Below are positions 1 through 12,792 of a stretch of 64,000 bases of DNA, in pieces; position 1 is the stretch's first letter, and the number at the start of each line of letters is the position of its first letter. Source of the DNA: Felis catus (taxonomy: Eukaryota); contig NC_058368.1 in the NCBI RefSeq assembly GCF_018350175.1, forward strand, positions 53,384,001-53,448,000, read 5' to 3'. Under the pieces are notes generated by a model. The model ran no database searches. It was not told the DNA's origin and saw only the letters and a list, made by a program, of their open reading frames with translations. Position numbers and translations under genes: made by a program.

Positions 1-130
1 TCACGAGTTTGAGCTAGCCCTGCAAGGGGCTCTGTGCTGACAGCTCAGAGCTTGGAGCCTGCTTTGGATTCTGTGTGTGTGTGTGTCTGCCCCTCCCCTC
101 CTCTCAGAAATAAATATTTAAAAAAAAAAG
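1..130 (+). mobile_element. Can-SINE 3' part, cut by window start
   Basis: ggctctgtgctgacagctcagagc core, pyrimidine tract, AATAAA and A tail. Confidence 0.9.
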
Positions 131-139
131 AAAAGAAAC

Positions 140-530
140 TTCCTTCACTGCCTTTCAGCCATTACTTTGAGCTATTATTCCATGTTCCTTGAGGGAGGTG
201 TGTTCTCTCACTAAATGGAGCCACTCTCACTAAATGGAATGGTTTTCCTTCCCTTTCACTTGATGAAATCCTACTCATCCGTCATAATTCAGTGCATACA
301 GCATCACCTTTGGAAAGCCATCCCTGACCTCCCTGCTCTAAAGCAAGAGTCCCTCTGAGGTTTTCTCACATCAGCCTATGCTTGCCTCTGTCATAACACT
401 CATTGCTTTATTTGTTGCAAGTATCTGATTATCTGTCCTTCAGTAACTATAGTTTTGAGTTTTGAAGTTCCTGCTCCAAGCACAGCTCCTGATATATACA
501 GTCAGTTCTCAATTCTTGAATGATTAAGTG
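140..530 (+). mobile_element. L2 fragment (degenerate)
   Basis: L2-like 3' motifs (gaaatcctactcatcc, ggaaagccatccctgacc, tgaatga end). Confidence 0.5.
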
Positions 531-929
531 AAGCTTTTCCACTTCCATGAGATCTTCCCTAACCAATGAAGCTGACAGCAACCTCTTCCTCCTCTAAATC
601 CATTATACAGCTGTTACTACTCCACACTTAGTCGTCAGTGCTTTGCAGCATGCTTCTCTTTCTTAACCATTAACATTTACCCCTTATCACTTTAGTACTT
701 CTTTGGCTGTGCCTTCAAAGGTGATAATTAGCTAGTGTGATTATCAGTGCTGCTAAGGGAAGACTAAAATAACCTCCATAAAGTACTTTCTGCATTCAAT
801 AACAAACATTTCAGAATGTCCATTATTAGGTTACCTACTTAACATTTTCCAATAAACTTTCAAAGTCCTGTTTTTTGTTAGTGATGTTGCCTGGAATGAC
901 TTTCCTCATTGCTCAAAAACCAGCTTTTC

Positions 930-1152
930 GGGGTGCCTGGGTGGCTCAGTCGGTTAAGCGTCCAACTTCAGCTCAGGTCATCATCTTGTGGCTTGTGAGT
1001 TCAGCCCCACATCTGTGCTGACAGCTCAGAGCCTGGAGCCTGCTTCAGATTCTGTCTCCCTCTCTGCTCGTCCCCTATTCTCACTCTGTGTGTCTCTCTC
1101 TCTCTCTCTCAAAAATAAAAAAATATTTTTTTAAAAATTAAAAAAAAAAAAA
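930..1152 (+). mobile_element. Can-SINE
   Basis: ggggtgcctgggtggctcagtcggttaagc head, (CT)n, A tail; approximate TSD aaaaac(c)agctt. Confidence 0.95.
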
Positions 1153-1649
1153 ACAGCTTCTCACTGATGTCCTAGGGGAAGGTAGATGCCTCTAGGTTTC
1201 TACCTGTAGGATAGGAGTTAAAACATTCAGTTTTCTGCTGTCTCCCTGACTAGATTATGAACTTTTTAAGGACTAGAACTCAAGCATATTCGTCTTTGTA
1301 CTTCCTATACTTAACAGTGTCTGGAGCTCAAAAACGTTTATTGAAGGATATGTGCTTAATTTTAAATAGGAAGGAGGTAGAGGCAGGGGAAAATATTTTG
1401 GACAGGCAAGTCATAATGACACTTCCTAACAGACTTGTATCTCCTTGTGGTTCCCTTAGCTGCCCTCATCCTAGGAATATTCTGTATAGTGTACATAACT
1501 CCTCCTTGGGTTCTTCCAGTTCTCTCTCCTAGCTGATGGATATAATCTTATCACTCTCAGTGTTGCCTTTGGGCTCTTGTTTAAAAACTCAGCCTGCATT
1601 TGGACTTCACAAAAATAGCCTACATTTTCTATTTCCTTTATTGTTCATT

Positions 1650-2098
1650 ACTCTCCAGAGAATCACATTTAGATTGTTATTCTCTCTGGAATATATTCCT
1701 TTATTTGGTGTAAGGTGGGGATCTAGCTTATTTTTCTCCAGATGGCAAGCCAATTTTTCTCTGTAATTATACACAATAGTCTGTCCCTTCCTCATTTATT
1801 TTTGATGCCACTTTTATCATATATCATATTTCTATTTATATATGGTTCTGGTTCTGAACTTAGTTGGTCTCTTTGTCTATGACTACACCAGTGCTATGTT
1901 GTTTATATTTACCATCATCTTACAGACCATCTTAACAGAGCAAATCCCTCCTTTTTGCTCTTTTTTCCCCTGAAATTTTACTTAGCTAAACATAAACCTT
2001 TCTTTTTCCAAATACTTTCTACAAGAAGATTGTTGAGGTTATCAAAAAAAATCCTTTATTGAATTTATAGATTAATTTGGGTTGAATTGGCATCCTAT
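1650..2098 (-). mobile_element. old L1M ORF2-region fragment
   Basis: T-rich antisense L1 motifs (taaggtggggatctagcttattttt, gaatttatagattaatttggg). Confidence 0.6.
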
Positions 2099-2100
2099 AA

Positions 2101-2474
2101 TGTATGGCAGTCGCAGGTACACTTCAGCTCTGCCTCGAGAAAGGACTCCACTGCCCAGCTGAAGGCATGTACTTAGCTGATAGCCTCCGGCTGTTAACTT
2201 TGGGTTTGCCTCGGATTTCAAGCTTAAGTTACACTATTCTCAGGGCAGCCCCTTCCCCCATGCCCATCCTCAGCCAAAGACTGAGTCAAGCATAGTATAA
2301 AGACCTACTCAACATTAGGAAGACAAGCTTTGTCAGACCTGCATGGCAGTCACATGGCTCCCCCTGCCCAGTCCTGCTTCCGCTCTCTCCCTTTCACGAG
2401 TGCCACTCTGCAATAAATCTTTTGTACTTCTAACTCATCTCAGCATCTCCCCAGAGAGCCCAACTTATGATACA
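2101..2474 (+). mobile_element. LTR16-family (ERVL) solo LTR
   Basis: TGT start, cccctgcccagtcctgcttcc, caataaatc polyA signal and LTR16-like 3' end. Confidence 0.7.
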
Positions 2475-2610
2475 ACTTAAGTCATCAGACTAATTCTGTT
2501 TTCATAAATTAAAAAAATTCATAGTTAATAACAAAATCTAACCATACTTTCTGGCCCAATTACTTCTTTGAAACCATCCCTACCTGACTCAATTTAATAC
2601 ACTTTCTCCC

Positions 2611-2829
2611 GGGGCTCCTGGGTGGCTCAGTTGGTTAAGCATCTGACTTCGGCTCAGGTCATGATTCACGGTTCATGAGTTCCAGCCCCACATTGGGCTC
2701 TGTGCTGACAGCTCAGAGCCTAGAGCCTGCTTTGGATTCTGTGTCTCCCTCTCTCTCTGCTCTTCCCCCACTTACGCTCTGTCTGTCTTTCTCTCGCTCG
2801 CTCAAGAATAAATAAACATTAAAAAAAAA
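2611..2829 (+). mobile_element. Can-SINE
   Basis: full head, core and tail; TSD aatacact(tt/gc)ctccc. Confidence 0.95.
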
Positions 2830-3049
2830 TACACTGCCTCCCAAAACATACATTCTAACAAGCCTTTGACTTGCTCTGTCCATCATTGATTTAGTACCTG
2901 TCATTTTATTTTTTTAGTGTACATATACTTTATCCTCCATCAAATGCTCTGAATGTAATCCCCAGTGGCCTCCTTGAGTACTTTGATCAGTTACTTTCTT
3001 ATCTCCTGTGTTCAACCCTTGTACTCTACTGGGCCTTTCTAATGGCAAT

Positions 3050-3620
3050 GTTCAACAAATGTTTCCTGAAGGTCTGCTCTACTTGCTGACAATACCATAT
3101 CATCATGCCATATCATCATATAGTGGTAGATAAAAAAGACATGATACATGCCCTAAGGAGCTTACAAGTTAATGAAGGAGGCAGACTTCTAACAAATAAT
3201 CATATAAGAAAAAACTTATACTTACAAGTTATGTTAGGTATTATAAGGAGGGAAATATGAACCATTTGAGCAATTTAGACTGGAAATGCTCAAACATGGC
3301 TTCTCTGAGGGTATGTTATTTAAATGGTTTAGGAAAGTGAATTATGAATACAGGTTAGCCATGTAAAACAAACTAGAGATGAACATTCCAAGCCTACATG
3401 ATAGCTTGTGGGATGTTCAAGGTAAGGAAGGGCCAGCATCTTAAAGGCCAGAGAGGTGAAAGCATGTTGAATGAGGAGGAAACATAGCTGTGGGTCAAAT
3501 TAGGTAAACAAATTAGGTAAACATAGCTGTGGGTCAAATTAGGTAAATTAGGTTAAGATTTTTAAACAAGATTTCATTTAAAATATGACGAGAAGCCATT
3601 GAGAAGGTTTCAGTGTGGCA
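3050..3620 (-). mobile_element. L2 fragment
   Basis: ttcaacaaat start, gccctaaggagcttaca, gcttctctgagg, gagaagccattgagaaggttt L2 motifs. Confidence 0.6.
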
Positions 3621-3679
3621 GGATGAACTGAAAACCTGAACATCTCATGAGAGAAAGCTTAATTAAATTTTGGAGTTTT

Positions 3680-4321
3680 TTAATCTATTTTTTTAATTTA
3701 ACTTATTTTTTAATATTATGTATTGTGTGTGCTCTTGGTTTTGGGGGTAGATTCCCATGATTCATCGCTTACATACAACACAGTGCTCATCCCAACAAGT
3801 GCCCTCCTCAATGCCCATCATCCATTTTCCCCTTACCCCCGCACCTCTCCATCAACCCTCAGTTTGTGCTATGTATTTACGAGTCTCTTATGGTTTGTCT
3901 ACCTCCCTCTCTGTAACTATTTTTCCCCCACCCTTCCCCCATCGTCTTCTGTTTCCTCAAGTTCCACATATGAGTGAAAACATATGATATCTCTCTTTCT
4001 CTGACTTATTTCACTTTGGATAATACCCTCCAGTTCCATCCACATTGCTGCAAATGGCAGGATTTCATTCTTTCTCATTGCCAAGTAATATTCTATTGTA
4101 TATATGAACCACATCTTCTTTATCCATTCATCAGTTCATGGACATTTAGGCTCTTTCCATAATTTGGCTATTGTTGAAAGCTCTGCTATAAACATTAGGG
4201 TACATGTGCCCTATGAATCAACACTCCTGTATCCTTTGGATAAATTCCTAGTAGTGCTATTGTTGGGTCATAGGGTAGTTCTACTTTTAATTTTTTGAGG
4301 AACCTCCACAGTGTTTCCCAG
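3680..4321 (-). mobile_element. felid L1 3' end, 5'-truncated
   Basis: poly-T tail, antisense ORF2p C-terminus (MWFIYTIEYYLAMRKNEILPFAAMWMELEGI); 15-bp TSD aaattttggagtttt at 3665-3679 and 4338-4352. Confidence 0.95.
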
Positions 4322-4806
4322 CACTGAATTTCCTTTCAAATTTTGGAGTTTTAAATAAAAACAAAAAGGAGGCAAATCACTTTTAATGTAACGCTAGGAT
4401 TTTTATTTCCCTAGAAGTAGAATCAAGATCATGTTAATAAAGGGAATATGGTTTTCTCATCTGAGACTAGAAACCAATAACTTGGAAAGAGAAATAATGC
4501 TTTGTGCCGTGGTGAAGTATGTCCTTAGGTAATTCAAGAGGAAACCCTTCAGCAGTTGCTAATAGTGTAAACTAGGAGCAGAGGACATACTATCATTTCC
4601 CCCTTAATAAGATCAGAGTACTTCTGGTGGCAATAAAAGAATTTGAAGGACAATCACCAATTCTTTAGTGGACACTCCATAATTGATTATAATGACTCCC
4701 TATAGCAGTACTTTAATGGAAGGGATCTAAAACCTAGCAGAGCAGTACAGAGTAAGAGGACTAGAAGTTGTGCTACTAATACACTGAACTCTTCGTAAGA
4801 AGAGGA

Positions 4807-4891
4807 GGGGCCCCTGGTGGCTCAGTTGGTTAAGCATCCAACTACAGCTCAGGTCATGATGTCATGGTTTGTAGGTTAGAGCCCTGTGTTG
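4807..4891 (+). mobile_element. Can-SINE head only (3' part missing)
   Basis: tRNA-like head ends abruptly after gagccctgtgttg. Confidence 0.85.
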
Positions 4892-5024
4892 AAATTCCTT
4901 GAGTTTTGACATATATTGTTTTCTCTCACCTTCTTACCATTGCTCAGGATCTTTTCTGTATAATTCTTTTTCTCTACCTCCTCTCTCCACTTAAAAAACA
5001 AACAAACAAACAAACAAAAAACCA

Positions 5025-5231
5025 GGGGCACCTGGGTGGCTTAGTTGGTTGAATGTCTGACTTCAGCTCAGGTCATGAATTCATGGCTAGTGGGTTCAAG
5101 CCCTGCACTGGGCTCTGTTCTGACAGCTCAGAGCCTGGAGCCTGCTTCCGATTCTGTGTCTCCCTCTCTCTCTGCTTGCACTCTGTCTCTGTTTCACAAA
5201 AATGAATAAACATAAAAAGATTTTTTTTTAA
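5025..5231 (+). mobile_element. Can-SINE
   Basis: head, core and tail present. Confidence 0.95.
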
Positions 5232-5260
5232 AGAAGAGGAAAATTTCTTCCATTTTAGAA

Positions 5261-5564
5261 AAGCACTATCCAATAAAAATATAATAGGAGCCACATGTGT
5301 AATTTTACATTTCCTGGTGGCCGTATTTTTTTAAAAGTTAAAAGAATGATGAAATTAATTTTAATATATATTATTTTACCTATAGTATCTAAAATACTGT
5401 CATTTCAATGTGTGATTAATATAAAATTTGTTGATATTTTACTTCTTTTGTTTACTAAGTCTTTGATATCTAGTGTATACTTTACAATTACAGCTCACCT
5501 CAACGCCACATCACAAGTGCTCAATAGCCACACATTGCTAGTGGCTCTCTATTGGACAGCGCAG
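5261..5564 (+). mobile_element. MER33 (hAT-Charlie)
   Basis: inverted termini gcactatccaata / tattggacagcgc; agccacatgtgtaattttacattt and tcacaagtgctcaatagccac internal motifs. Confidence 0.85.
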
Positions 5565-6057
5565 CTTTAAAACTTTAGAGAGTGTCTCATGTGGGTATTT
5601 AATTGTGGCTGATGTCTGTTGTTTCAGTGTCATTGGTCATTTTCCTCTGGTCAGGTACTGGCCTTCAATAAAAGTGGGCTTGAATTTCAAAAGCCCTAAT
5701 TAAGGTTCTACATCATTACTTTTATAATAGACAATTTTGTCCTAGGGCTACTATGGAAACAAAAACAAAGCATCTAGGTGAACTTTCTCCAAGAGACTGT
5801 TCCTCCCCTTATTTCAGGTGGAGAATGAGAAGGGAAGGGACAATAGGGTATATACAATTTTCTTCTGATTCTTGGCTTGAAGGACAAACACATCTCCACA
5901 GTAAATATTTGTTGGATAAAAAGCAATGAAGTGAAATGATATGGCAGAGTCCCCACAGAAGCTCTCTGGGGATCTTATGCATATAAGCATGTAAATACCT
6001 ACTTCTCATGGAATTCCAAAATGAACTTTGTCGATCTGCTTTGCTTTCTCTTTGGAT

Positions 6058-6100
6058 GTTTTTGTTTGTTTGTTTGTTTGTTTGTTTGTTTGTTTGTTTT
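6058..6100. repeat. (TTTG)n microsatellite
   Basis: direct reading. Confidence 0.95.
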
Positions 6101-6257
6101 CAGGCATTCATCTTTACAATAGCTAATGGAATGCTATATGTAGCATGAAGATAAAGGGACCCCAGGAGTCTTGGCTCTCAACCTAAGCTGTCAGACTCTC
6201 ACTCAGGTTATAGGAATTGTTCTCCAGTGTTAATTCATTCAACAAATATATATTCAT

Positions 6258-6332
6258 CATATATATATATACACATATATATACATATACATATACATAT
6301 ATACATATATATATGTATATATATATATGTAT
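6258..6332. repeat. (TA)n/(CATATA)n microsatellite
   Basis: direct reading. Confidence 0.9.
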
Positions 6333-7414
6333 CTAGGTCCTGGAAATATAGATGTAAACAAGACAGGCGAGGTCCCTACCTCAATAGATTTTTTTTAATG
6401 CTTTTTATTTTTATTTTGGAAAAAAACATACACAGAAGCAGAAAAGAGTATAATCTTTCTTATTCAGTTTCAACAATAATCAACCCATGATCAATCTTAT
6501 TTCATTGATACTCCATCCTCTCCTCTTACTCCATTTCAAATTATTTTGACAGCGTAAACATCATATCATATGATTTCCTTGACAGATGGTTTTAATATTA
6601 CACATTTTCCCCGTCTGGATACTGGAGATTTATACCTGTCATCATGTATAGCAGTTTGTACAAGAACTTTGTAAATGTGTGCTTATGTGTGTATGAATAT
6701 GTAATGTATATACCTGCATGTATGCATATATCTCTTCACCCTCCATCCAATCAATCTTTAGTATTTATTGAGTCTTCCTCATAAGTACACCTAGAATCTA
6801 CTCATTGTCATTCAACCCAGGTTATACACTGAAGCCAAAGAAATCCATAAAAGTCCATGCTAATCATGTTACTACTTAAAATCCTTTATTGACTCCCCAT
6901 TTACCAGGCTGAAGTACAAATTTATTCATAATAATACCTAATTGAAATTTAGCGTGTTTTATGGTATTAAACACCATGCTAAGTGCCATAGAGAGACAGA
7001 GTGTGTGAGAGACAGAATATCAGAGGGAGAAAGAGGGAGAGGAAGAGAGAATGTTAATCCTCACAATTGAGCATTCCCATTTTATAGCTGATGAAATTAA
7101 AGTCTTGAGTTGCCTAAATATATTCAGTGAGTGCTCAAGCATGGTAGAGCTTGAACTCAGATCACTAAACAACAAAGACCACATCTTTAACCACATTTTA
7201 CTAAATCTTTCATTAATTGGTATCTGTCTAGCTCTCCAGCTTCATCTCACTTCTTCACCTTTCACACTCTGCAAGTACTGCCTTACCAAAGTATTTGTAG
7301 TTCCCCAAATAAACGATACTGCATTCTGCAATAAATGAACTGGTATATTCTGAAGAAAACATCAAAACAGGAACATGAATATATTTTTTAGAGAATTTGG
7401 AATTTCTTTTCTTT

Positions 7415-7618
7415 CTTTTAATGTTTATTTTGAAAGAGAGCGCAAGTGAGAAAACATGGGGGAGGGGCAGAGAGAGAAAGAGGGAGAGAGAATCCCAAGC
7501 AGGCTCCACAATGTCAGCATAGAGCCTGATGCAGGGCTTGAACCCACAAACCGTGAGATCATGACTCAAGCTGAAATCAAGAGTTAGACACTCAACCGAC
7601 TGAGCCACTCAGGCATCC
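7415..7618 (-). mobile_element. Can-SINE
   Basis: antisense tail, (GA)n and head; approximate TSD gg(a/g)atttctttt. Confidence 0.95.
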
Positions 7619-8177
7619 AAGGGATTTCTTTTAAAGTATCAAACTGAACATGATAAGAAAAACCAGACAGAAGGAATTTTCTGCATGTATTTTATCATTA
7701 GCATTATTTTTATTTTGAATTTCAAATGGCAAAGCATTATAATATTCTTGATGCATTGGGCCTATAAAATCCTCAGTCTATTCATAGCTGTCCTTTATTC
7801 TGTTCCAAAACACACTGCCCTTTATTCTGTCCTTTGCACAAGGAGCCCCTGCTGTTTAGAGCATTTACCATGCCCAACTCTATTCTGTATTTAGCTCCTA
7901 ATCACACTTCAGTGTTTAACTTAAAAACCACTGCCTCTGGGATACCTTTTCTGACTGGGCTGAGTGTTCACAGTATGTATTCCTGTTATAATTATATCAC
8001 CTTGTATGGTTAATAGTTGTCTGTCTACCACATTGAAGGATTATGTTCCTTGAAGGCAAAAGCTTTTTTACCATTCACTGTTTTATTCCAAATATCTAAT
8101 GTATAATAGACAGTATTTTTCTTTTTTCTTTCCTTTCTTTCCTGTCCTTTCCTTTCCTTTATTTTTCTTCATATTTA

Positions 8178-8560
8178 GGTTTACTAGTTGGCTGCTGCAA
8201 GGGAGAGTGTACACCATGGAGAGTTCAAATTTCAACAGGTGGCAGTTCTGAAAGAATACCTATAGAGTTTGAAGAACCAGAATTAGTCAGGATGGCCTTG
8301 GCAGGAATTGGTCAAAATTTGTAAATTAGAAAGTTGCTAGAACCATCAGTGGTCTTATCTTTAGGACACATGACTTTGTTAGGTTAGTTTGTTTGCCTGT
8401 GGTCTTATTCAGAATACCATGGGTCTAATGAGTTGGTATTAAGGGTCCGAAGATAGTTTGTGGTGCATGTCATGGGTTTATACAGTTTTGCTATTTTGTG
8501 AGTGACAATACAGTTTTGCAAGTTGTGGTTTCTGTTTCAACTTTTAGTTCCCTTTTCACA
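8178..8560 (-). mobile_element. ancient LTR-like element, family uncertain
   Basis: ends in tttcaca (TGTGAAA on minus strand); repeated ggtcttat motifs like old LTRs. Confidence 0.35.
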
Positions 8561-8724
8561 TCCCGGTTGCCAGCTTAACTAGTTTTTCCCTTTATCTAAA
8601 GAATAATGACAAAGCTCCTGTCCTCTAAAGAAGTTCCCAGTCTAGGCTATTATAACTTGATATAATAGAGATATGAATAAAGCATTATGGAGTTCAGAAG
8701 AAACAGCCAACTTTTTTTTTTAAT

Positions 8725-9160
8725 TACCATTTGTTGAAATCCTGCCATATGTAAAGCTCTATATATGATAATGTACTAGGCAAGTTACATACATTATTTA
8801 ATCCTCAAAAATCCTATGAAATTGATGTTATTTTTCTTATCCTCATTTTAAAGTCAAGAAATTGAGATGCAAAATGGTTAACCTAGCTAAGATGTTATAG
8901 ATCTAGGACTTCATTAGACAAATATTTGCTGGAACTGTTCTAGGTGCTTATCAAATCTCCAAAACAGACCTTTGAAGTAGCTACCACTCTTTATCCTATT
9001 TCACTGTTGACGAAACTGATTCATGAGGAAATAAAGTAACTCATCTAAGATCACAGAGCTTGTGACTACATTGTAGAGGCAGGATTCAGGCCCAGGCCAC
9101 TTTGCTGCTTCTCTTGAGCCCTGTTCTTGGGCTCTCACATCTTTTTACTTAACCACTGTG
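8725..9160 (-). mobile_element. two adjacent MIR fragments
   Basis: tttaatcctcaaaaatcctatgaa, cctcatttta, aagtaactcatctaagatcacagagct, ggattcaggcccagg. Confidence 0.7.
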
Positions 9161-9789
9161 CTGATGTGCCTCATTGGTAGAGGAGAAGCTTTACAAAAGA
9201 GTTGACTGCGGGCTGGAGCAGGACAGTTTTAAGCAGGATACTTCCAGATGGATCAGAGAGAGAAGGCTATGCCATTTTGTTCAGGAGGAATAGCTGGTGT
9301 GGAGCCCTGGGAGCAGGAAAGCTCCGCTTGTTCAGGAAATGGTGAGGTTTGAGAAATTCTGAGTGCCTTGAGTCAGGAGTTGTGGGAGCTGAATAGAGCT
9401 GGACACATGTATTGGGACCAGATTAGGACTTTACAGTTGCCCGTCCCCTGCCCCCATTTAACCAAAAGGATTCCCCTCTTAATACTGAACTTGGTTCTGA
9501 TTGACTATTCTGGTCATAATGCATCCCCAAAGGAAAGAGATTTGTCACCAGTAAAGATATTCATGCTGGAGGCAACTTCAGAAGAAAAGTTCCAAGAATG
9601 TGTTAAGCAAAGAGACCTTTAGGGAAAAAATGCTGCTTAGAGATATTCTTAAAGCAATTGCTTTGTAGAGCATAAGGCCCATTTGAATGTCTATGTCCTT
9701 GTAAATTAAAGAAAAAATATGTCATCATCTTCAATCAATCCAGGTTCCTGAATAGGAGCTTTTATTTATGGGGTTCTGGGAGCTGACAC

Positions 9790-9960
9790 GCATTTATTCT
9801 TCACATCAATCCCATAAGGTAGATACTATTCATTCCTCAACCGTAGAGATGAGGAAACCAAGGCAGAGAGGACTGCAGGGATTTGGGCCCATAGCACAGT
9901 GGGAGGTGGTAGAGCCAAATTTTCAACCCAATTTGCCTGATTTCAGAGCCTGTTCTATCA
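9790..9960 (-). mobile_element. MIR
   Basis: MIR core agatgaggaaaccaaggcagagagg. Confidence 0.75.
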
Positions 9961-10649
9961 CATGGCCTTAAGGAGTCTGAGATCTTTTAGCTTGTGGAAG
10001 TACAGAACATCCCAAACAGAGCAGGCAGTCAGATGTCTGGAGAGCTAGCAGTGTAGAGAGAGAGGGCAGTGCCAGGGCCAAGAGGAGGGGACTTGACAGA
10101 GCTTTATCCATCCCTGCACCTTTCTGCATCAGACCTGCCCCTGTTTGCATGCATCACTGGGATTCATTGGTTTAAAATAGTGTCCTCAGCCAGTGTTACT
10201 CCTTGGACAGCAAGAGATAATCCAAAAAGCTAAGAACCGAAATGCTGATTGCCGTTGGGCGGCGGAGCTTCAATCAGGTTTGTTGGAACATGGGTGCATC
10301 AACCAGTTAGCAGATATATTTGTATTGACCTTTTTGTTACAACCTAGTGATTTGCTTATTTAACTAATGACAGGTGCTCTCAATCAGGAGCTGTGACCAC
10401 AGAAAGATCTTTGCAGACTCTGGACAAGTGATGATCTGTGTCAATTTTTGTTATGGCATTCAGGGTCTTCACAGCATCATGGAAAAGTGGTGGCTACAGC
10501 TAATGAGCCCTCAACTGCACATTTTGAAAATGAAGGAAATTATCTTTTTTTTTTTTTTCTATAGAGTGTGCTTGTGGATTAGTTGTATCAACTGGTTAAC
10601 TTAACCTAAGAATGACCTGGTCCCTTTGCCCTATATTTGTTCCTACTAG

Positions 10650-10800
10650 GGGCAGTGGTATATAGTGTGGCCAATGAGAGCCTGAATTGTAGTTAGGCCA
10701 CCAGAGTCTGAATCATGATGCCTTGGCTTATTTTGGGCAAGTTACTTAAGCTTTCTGCACCTTAAATTCTTCATTTCTAAAATGGGAGTAATAAGATGAT
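10650..10800 (+). mobile_element. MIR
   Basis: MIR core ttgggcaagttacttaagctttctg, ttcttcatttctaaaatggg. Confidence 0.75.
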
Positions 10801-10884
10801 ACATTTTTAAATTGTCATTTATTGCTTTTTGGTGGTCTTCTGCGTGGTAATTATCATGGTATCATGCTCATAATGTGAGTTGCA

Positions 10885-10980
10885 ACTCACAGAATGATGA
10901 GAAATAATAAATGCCTTTAAGCCACTAGGTGGTGGTTAGTTTGAGTTGGCTAGTTATATAAACATTAATTGTTACAAACG
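10885..10980 (+). mobile_element. MLT1 LTR 3' fragment
   Basis: cacagaatgatgagaaataataaatg followed by tttaagccacta, a MaLR terminal motif. Confidence 0.55.
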
Positions 10981-11661
10981 CCAATGTACACTGAGGCCTA
11001 TACTCTCTATCAACATATACTCTTCTTTTGACACAGACTTAACTTTCATTCCATCATTCATTCAACCAATATTCATAGTTGATTTATGTATATCAAAGAG
11101 ATTTTTTAAAACAAAATTAAGGTAACTCATGGCATCAAAAAATGTTTAACAACAAGCCTCCCAAGCAACAGAACCAGCACACCTCTAAGAATCGTACCAG
11201 CCAATTTGTTCCTTCCTGGACCTTTTCTATTGAATGCTCCTGCATTCCAATGACACAATAACAACCACCCACTCTGAGCTTCTCTGTTCAAGACACGAAT
11301 AATAGGTATAGAGAAGCTAATTGACTTAGCTTGATTATATTCCTATCTTTTCACCCAATGAGCGATTTTACTTCCAATGTAAGTTGTAGGCCAAAGCATG
11401 TTATCACACTTGGCATGTTAAAAGTTGCAACTTTAAAACAGTAACACTAACAAGATTAAAATTCTGAATCTTTTCCTTCAATAAATGATCTTCTTTGCAT
11501 ATAATTTTCTAGAAGGTGTATATTAATTTGAGAGCTGATGTCCGAAAGGCAAATTCAAATCACAAATAAAACACTCAGGCTCACAAATACCCCCAAACAA
11601 AACCAATAGAAATTATCATCATATAAGACTTACTTGGAGCTGAAGAAGTAGTAATGATCAA

Positions 11662-12075
11662 TGAGAGCTGCTTAGCTGATAGGTTCTGGCTCAGGGTCTC
11701 TCATGAAGTTGCAGTCAGGATGGCTACTGGGGCCTCAGTCTTTGAAACCTTGACTGGGGCTGAAGAATCTTCTTCCAAAATGGTTGTTGGTAGGAGTCTT
11801 AAGTTCTACACCACATGGGCCTCTTTGCATAGATGTTTAAGTGTCCTCTATCATATGGCAGTGGGTTTTCCCCAAGACAGACAATGCAAGAGAGAGCAAG
11901 TCAGAAGTCACAGTGTCTTTTATGAATTAGCATGGGAAATCTAACACTGTCACTTTCACCACATTCCATTCTTTAGAGTCACCATACAGCCCACATTTGG
12001 TGGGGAAGAGAATTAGGCCTCATCTTTAGAAAGGAGGTGCATCAAAGAATGTGTGGACATATTTGAAAACCACAG
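11662..12075 (-). mobile_element. MLT1F/G-like MaLR LTR
   Basis: ttctggctcagggtctctcatgaagttgcagtca; antisense LTR start catcaaagaatgtgtggacatatttgaaaaccaca. Confidence 0.8.
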
Positions 12076-12177
12076 CACTTCTAATGAGACTGGGTGAGTA
12101 GGACATCAGTGATTCCTCCAGGAACCCTGGCAGAGAATTAACTGTTTGCCTGCGTATACTACCTTTGCAGATAGAGA

Positions 12178-12792
12178 CTGGTGGTGTGCTGGTTAATATT
12201 TAGCAACTGGCTTTCTAGAAAATAGAATATATGGATACATATGTATGTATATAAGTTTTACTGCTGTAAAAGATATGTAGCACACAACAAATGATATATA
12301 ATACTCTTTATTATGAATTCCATATAACAAATCAATTCTGACCATGTTTTTGCTGATTTTTACCAAATGCTTGTATCTGTAACATTTTATGCATCATTTT
12401 TTTACATCTAGACAATCAATGAAACAAAAAATCAAGCCCAGCTCTGTAGCAATTGCCAATTTCCATGGTGTAAATGCTCCCAAAATAGCCAATTTCGGGT
12501 TATCAGCGTATCACTGAATGCAGAGTTGGAAAGAGATTCACAGGAACACATCATTATACAGTAGTATTTCTACCATGAAGATACAATACCTGTAAATAAC
12601 CTAAGGTGTACAAATAATAATAAAATAGAGTAAATAAGAAGTGATAAATTTTTAGTATTTATTGCCTTTTAAAATACAACTGATGTAATTTTAAGCTTAG
12701 TTTTTAATACAAGTTGTATAAACCTCTAGCTTGTAAAATTCTTGAAAATAAGCTCTTACAGGGTGCTAACAGCCAGCTCCAGCACACCATTG
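12178..12792 (-). mobile_element. MER63-family DNA transposon (hAT-Blackjack)
   Basis: TIRs gtggtgtgctgg / ccagcacaccattg; internal gccaatttccatggtgtaaatgctccc. Confidence 0.85.

Noticed and set aside
205..238. 15-bp direct repeat ctctcactaaatgga with a 4-bp spacer
   Set aside because: Real, but an ordinary micro-duplication with no supporting context.
10921..10935. CTCF-like gccactaggtggtgg
   Set aside because: Lies in a decayed MLT1 end and has T at a key C position; weaker than the 13943 candidate.
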